Assembly (NCBI GenBank): GCA_963706325.1
Contig: CAVPLT010000001.1
Coordinates: 64,001-128,000, forward strand
Length of the DNA stretch: 64,000 bases
Direction of reading: 5' to 3'
Source of the DNA: an uncultured Nitrospiraceae bacterium
GTDB lineage: Bacteria; Nitrospirota; Nitrospiria; Nitrospirales; Nitrospiraceae
In this document: piece after piece, positions 59,510 through 64,000 of the stretch
Layout: each line of letters starts with the position of its first letter
Position numbering within the stretch: position 1 is the stretch's first letter
Program-made: the position numbers and the translations under genes
Notes under the pieces: model-generated
Database searches by the model: none
What the model was told of the DNA's origin: nothing
What the model saw: the letters and a program-made list of their open reading frames with translations, nothing else

Positions 59510-59791
59510 TTACTTTCCCGCGGCTTGGGCGATGACATGATTCCAGAATGGGTTCGCGAAGATCAGAATCATCGAGACCACGAAACAGTAAATGGCTGTC
59601 GACTCGATCATCGCCAGACCGACAAACAGGGTGCGGGTAATGGTGGCGGAGGCGTCAGGCTGCTGCGCGAGCGAACTCAGCGCCGTCGCGACCGCCCTCC
59701 CTTCCGCCAGCGCAGGCCCCATCGTGCCGAAACCGGTGGTGATGCCGGCAATGGCGATGGATGCCACCGCGATAATAGTCATGCTATCCAT
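59510..59791 (-). CDS. atpE: N-type ATPase c subunit with Na+-binding signature
   Basis: GPALAEG in helix 1, QQP loop, IESTAIY in helix 2. Confidence 0.95.
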   Translation of the reverse strand: MDSMTIIAVASIAIAGITTGFGTMGPALAEGRAVATALSSLAQQPDASATITRTLFVGLAMIESTAIYCFVVSMILIFANPFWNHVIAQAAGK

Positions 59792-59815
59792 AGGATCTCC
59801 TTTTGGTCTCGCACT

Positions 59816-60517
59816 TCATGCGTTAAGGTTTTCGTCGGGATCAGGCGTTGGCTTGCGGATTCGCGTGGCGGCAGCGATGTACACTGCTGCCAGAATGCTG
59901 AAAATGTAGGCCTGCACCATGCCGGTGAGCAGACCGAGTGTAGTCATGACGATTGGAAAGACGAAAGGGGTGATGGTGAGCAGGATACCGATAATCATCG
60001 CCCCGCTCATCATGTTGCCGAACAGGCGAACGGCCAATGCCAACGTGCGCGAAAGTTCGCTGATGATGTTGAACGGCAGCATGATGACCGTCGGCTCCAC
60101 ATAGGACTTGAGGTAGTTGGTCATCCCCTGTTCCTCAATGCCGAAGACCGGCACCGCCACAAACACGCAGAGCGCGAGTGCCGCCGTGGTCGAGAGAGAA
60201 CCAGTCGGCGGCTCATAGCCGGGGATGACGGTGCAGAGACTGGCCGTGGCCACGAACAAAAAGAGTGTACCTAGAAAGCCGAGATATTTCTCCGGATGAT
60301 GCAGGCCCACGTCTTCGGTTTGCTTCTTGATCGTGGTGACGATGATTTCCAAGACATTCTGCCAGCGGGAACGTGTCAGCCCCGTGGACAATCTGCGCGT
60401 GATGAGTCGTGAACCGACGGCCAACATGAGCATCAGCCCCCACGTGAACACAATGGTGCCGTTGAGCTTGAGAAATCCCTGTTGCCAGAAAATCATCTCG
60501 TCTGGGCTAAGACGCAT
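59816..60517 (-). CDS. atpB: N-type ATPase a subunit
   Basis: PPTGSLST, LAVRLFGNM, VQAYIF. Confidence 0.94.
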   Translation of the reverse strand: MRLSPDEMIFWQQGFLKLNGTIVFTWGLMLMLAVGSRLITRRLSTGLTRSRWQNVLEIIVTTIKKQTEDVGLHHPEKYLGFLGTLFLFVATASLCTVIPGYEPPTGSLSTTAALALCVFVAVPVFGIEEQGMTNYLKSYVEPTVIMLPFNIISELSRTLALAVRLFGNMMSGAMIIGILLTITPFVFPIVMTTLGLLTGMVQAYIFSILAAVYIAAATRIRKPTPDPDENLNA

Positions 60518-60818
60518 CCCCGGCCTCCTGTCTCAGAGGGACTGGCTTTTCCGGCAGTCGAGTGAGTCGCGTGACGATCAGACGCGCAATGGCAAATCCG
60601 CAGAGGCATATCAGCAGCCGGTCCCAATGTCCGCCGGAAACCACATACAACCCACTCATCGCAATGCTCATCCGCAGCAGCAGGCTGCCCAAAAACCACC
60701 ACGCCGGTCGTTGGGACGAGACGCCGATGCGAACCGTCCACCACAGGCCACCGAAGAACATCAGTCCAAGCACCATGCCTGCCACCAGCGCCGGCACCAG
60801 ACTCAAGATTTCAATCAT
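60507..60818 (-). CDS. atpR: N-ATPase AtpR subunit
   Basis: LGLMFFGGLWWTV, SLLLR; lies between atpQ and atpB; ATG 60818. Confidence 0.85.
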   Translation of the reverse strand: MIEILSLVPALVAGMVLGLMFFGGLWWTVRIGVSSQRPAWWFLGSLLLRMSIAMSGLYVVSGGHWDRLLICLCGFAIARLIVTRLTRLPEKPVPLRQEAGDAS

Positions 60819-61149
60819 CGTGATTCTCCTGTTCCGCGCGTATTTCCTTGTCTTCCTTGGCGACCCAATGCCACGCATTCACACAGCCGATGATCAGACC
60901 GATGAAAAGCAGCGTGAGCGTCCAGGAATGCGGTCTGGGATAGTGTTTGTCCAGCCAGATACCGAGTGCCGCGCCGAGCAGCGTCGGAACGACCACCGAC
61001 CAGCCGATCAGCCCCATCATACCCAGGCCAAACCAGATGGTCCGAGAAGTGTGACGTTGGGCCTTGAGTTTGCGCGCCGCTTTCGCGCCGACTTGCCGGG
61101 CCAAAGTCGACCCGTGTTTCGAGGTGTTCCTGGGTGGCTCGTCAGTCAT
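60811..61149 (-). CDS. atpQ: N-ATPase AtpQ (AtpZ/AtpI-like) subunit
   Basis: GLGMMGLIGWSVVVPTLLG..GIWLD, GCVNAWHWV. Confidence 0.85.
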   Translation of the reverse strand: MTDEPPRNTSKHGSTLARQVGAKAARKLKAQRHTSRTIWFGLGMMGLIGWSVVVPTLLGAALGIWLDKHYPRPHSWTLTLLFIGLIIGCVNAWHWVAKEDKEIRAEQENHDD

Positions 61150-61546
61150 GTCGAAAAGTCGCGAAGCGACGCAGAAATCCGGTTTCCAATTTGGCCATGA
61201 CCGAGCGCACGCTTTGCTCCCGCTCGTCGAGGGTCAGAAACTCCTGCTCCACTGACTCGCGCAATTGGCCAAGGTCCGTTCCGCCCATCGCCCGCCGCAC
61301 GGAAACGAGTACGTCCCGGCCGGTCTTGACCAGCACTCCTTCATCCACGGCCACATACATCTCGCCCTCGGCTTCGGTTTCGTAGATCAGAATCCCGGGC
61401 GCGAGCGCCGCGACGCAGTCGAGTCGGTGTGGCAAGAGTCCAAACGAGCCCTCGCGCGTCTCGGCCACAATGCGCAACACGTCGGTTTTCTCGGCGAAGG
61501 TTTGGAAGGGCAGCAGCACCTTTAGATGCATGAGTGTCGTTGGCAT
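61142..61546 (-). CDS. atpC: N-type ATPase epsilon subunit
   Basis: GSFGLLPHRLDCVAALAPGIL. Confidence 0.9.
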   Translation of the reverse strand: MPTTLMHLKVLLPFQTFAEKTDVLRIVAETREGSFGLLPHRLDCVAALAPGILIYETEAEGEMYVAVDEGVLVKTGRDVLVSVRRAMGGTDLGQLRESVEQEFLTLDEREQSVRSVMAKLETGFLRRFATFRHD

Positions 61547-61560
61547 GCTCGCCCCCCCCG

Positions 61561-63303
<1,743 letters not shown>

Positions 63304-63459
63304 TTAATTCTTTCGGCCATGTTAGCCACGATGTATGCGCCTGTTTATGGACGGGGTTCTTTTTTTCGAATCTCCCGCTCCGCCTCTTCCAGTCCGCAAC
63401 TGCTCGACCGTTCTGGCGGCCCAGCTGATCATACAGTTTATAGACACGCTTGGCGATCT

Positions 63460-64000
63460 ACGGGATTACATCGACTGATTTCTTGGCCACGGCCTGGGAC
63501 GAGCCGTTTGACCATTGCGACTTCGCACAGGCGAACATAGCGAACGTCTGCACGCAGAGGCAGGGCATGATTCCAGGAATACCCAGGATAGTGCCCGTGA
63601 GCGCTTCCGCCACAAAGCTAACTGGAAGGTCTTGCTAAGTACCGTCGCCCAGGACTAGCGGCTCTCGCGAGCGGACATGATGATGAGGTCTTTGATGTTC
63701 CAGGTCTCCGGTTTCTTGGACCATCGAACCTGGTCGGTGGCGAGGAAGACTTTCGCGAAATCTGTCATGAAGACCAGCAGGAGCATCGCAAGGCAGAAAC
63801 ACGAACTTGCCGGTCACCACGAAGGCCGCCCTCAGAATTGTTCGGCTGATCTTGTTGATGATCCACGTCAGAATGCGCTGGTTGATCGCCCGTCCTTGCT
63901 CGACCAACGCGACGATGTTCGTCCACCCGGGTTCGGTCAGGAGGGCACTCGGGATGCCCTTGGCCAAATCGGTCGAGGTGCTGACGGCGATGCCCACTTC
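63460..64000 (-). pseudogene. Decayed plasma-membrane proton-efflux P-type ATPase (P3A-like), C-terminal part; runs off the right edge
   Basis: EVGIAVSTSTDLAKG..LTEPG..IVALVEQGR..QRILTWIINKISRT, frameshift near 63795, then AMLLLVFMTDFAKVFLATDQVRWSKKPETWNI and an early stop; further fragments EALTGTILGIPG. Confidence 0.78.

Noticed and set aside
58679..60274. 531-aa plus-strand ORF
   Set aside because: Antisense to atpF/atpE/atpB; explained by GC-rich codon bias.

Overview
GC-rich bacterial chromosome segment whose gene content resembles Nitrospira (inferred, not searched). From left to right: (1) the 5' part of a giant MnxG-like multicopper oxidase (>=1450 codons, runs off the left edge, absent from the ORF track), preceded by a sigma54 promoter, a structured 5' leader and a two-tier sigma54 regulatory cluster; (2) an MBOAT plus SGNH-like acylation pair; (3) pdhABC-lipA; (4) a DAB inorganic-carbon pump (dabB-dabA) with a PII/SbtB-like gene; (5) an overlapping DUF692(MNIO)-dus-maf operon; (6) CBS-PilZ, LOG, DHH and rhomboid genes; (7) a hybrid kinase with a pseudo-receiver, then purKE; (8) an HlyD-TolC-ABC-ABC exporter in which both ATPase domains look catalytically degenerate; (9) rluF; (10) a polyamine cluster (DHS-like, DsbA, Zn-ribbon, ALDH, pyruvoyl arginine decarboxylase, agmatinase); (11) ZIP and DedA genes; (12) an N-type ATPase operon with a P-type ATPase inserted between atpA and atpG, with decayed phosphoketolase and H+-ATPase remnants upstream. 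The best candidates for undescribed biology are the MNIO-Dus-Maf operon, the doubly degenerate ABC exporter and the three-way-junction RNA leader of the multicopper oxidase. No rRNA, tRNA, CRISPR array or transposase was recognised. All assignments come from reading motifs by eye; no database search was run.
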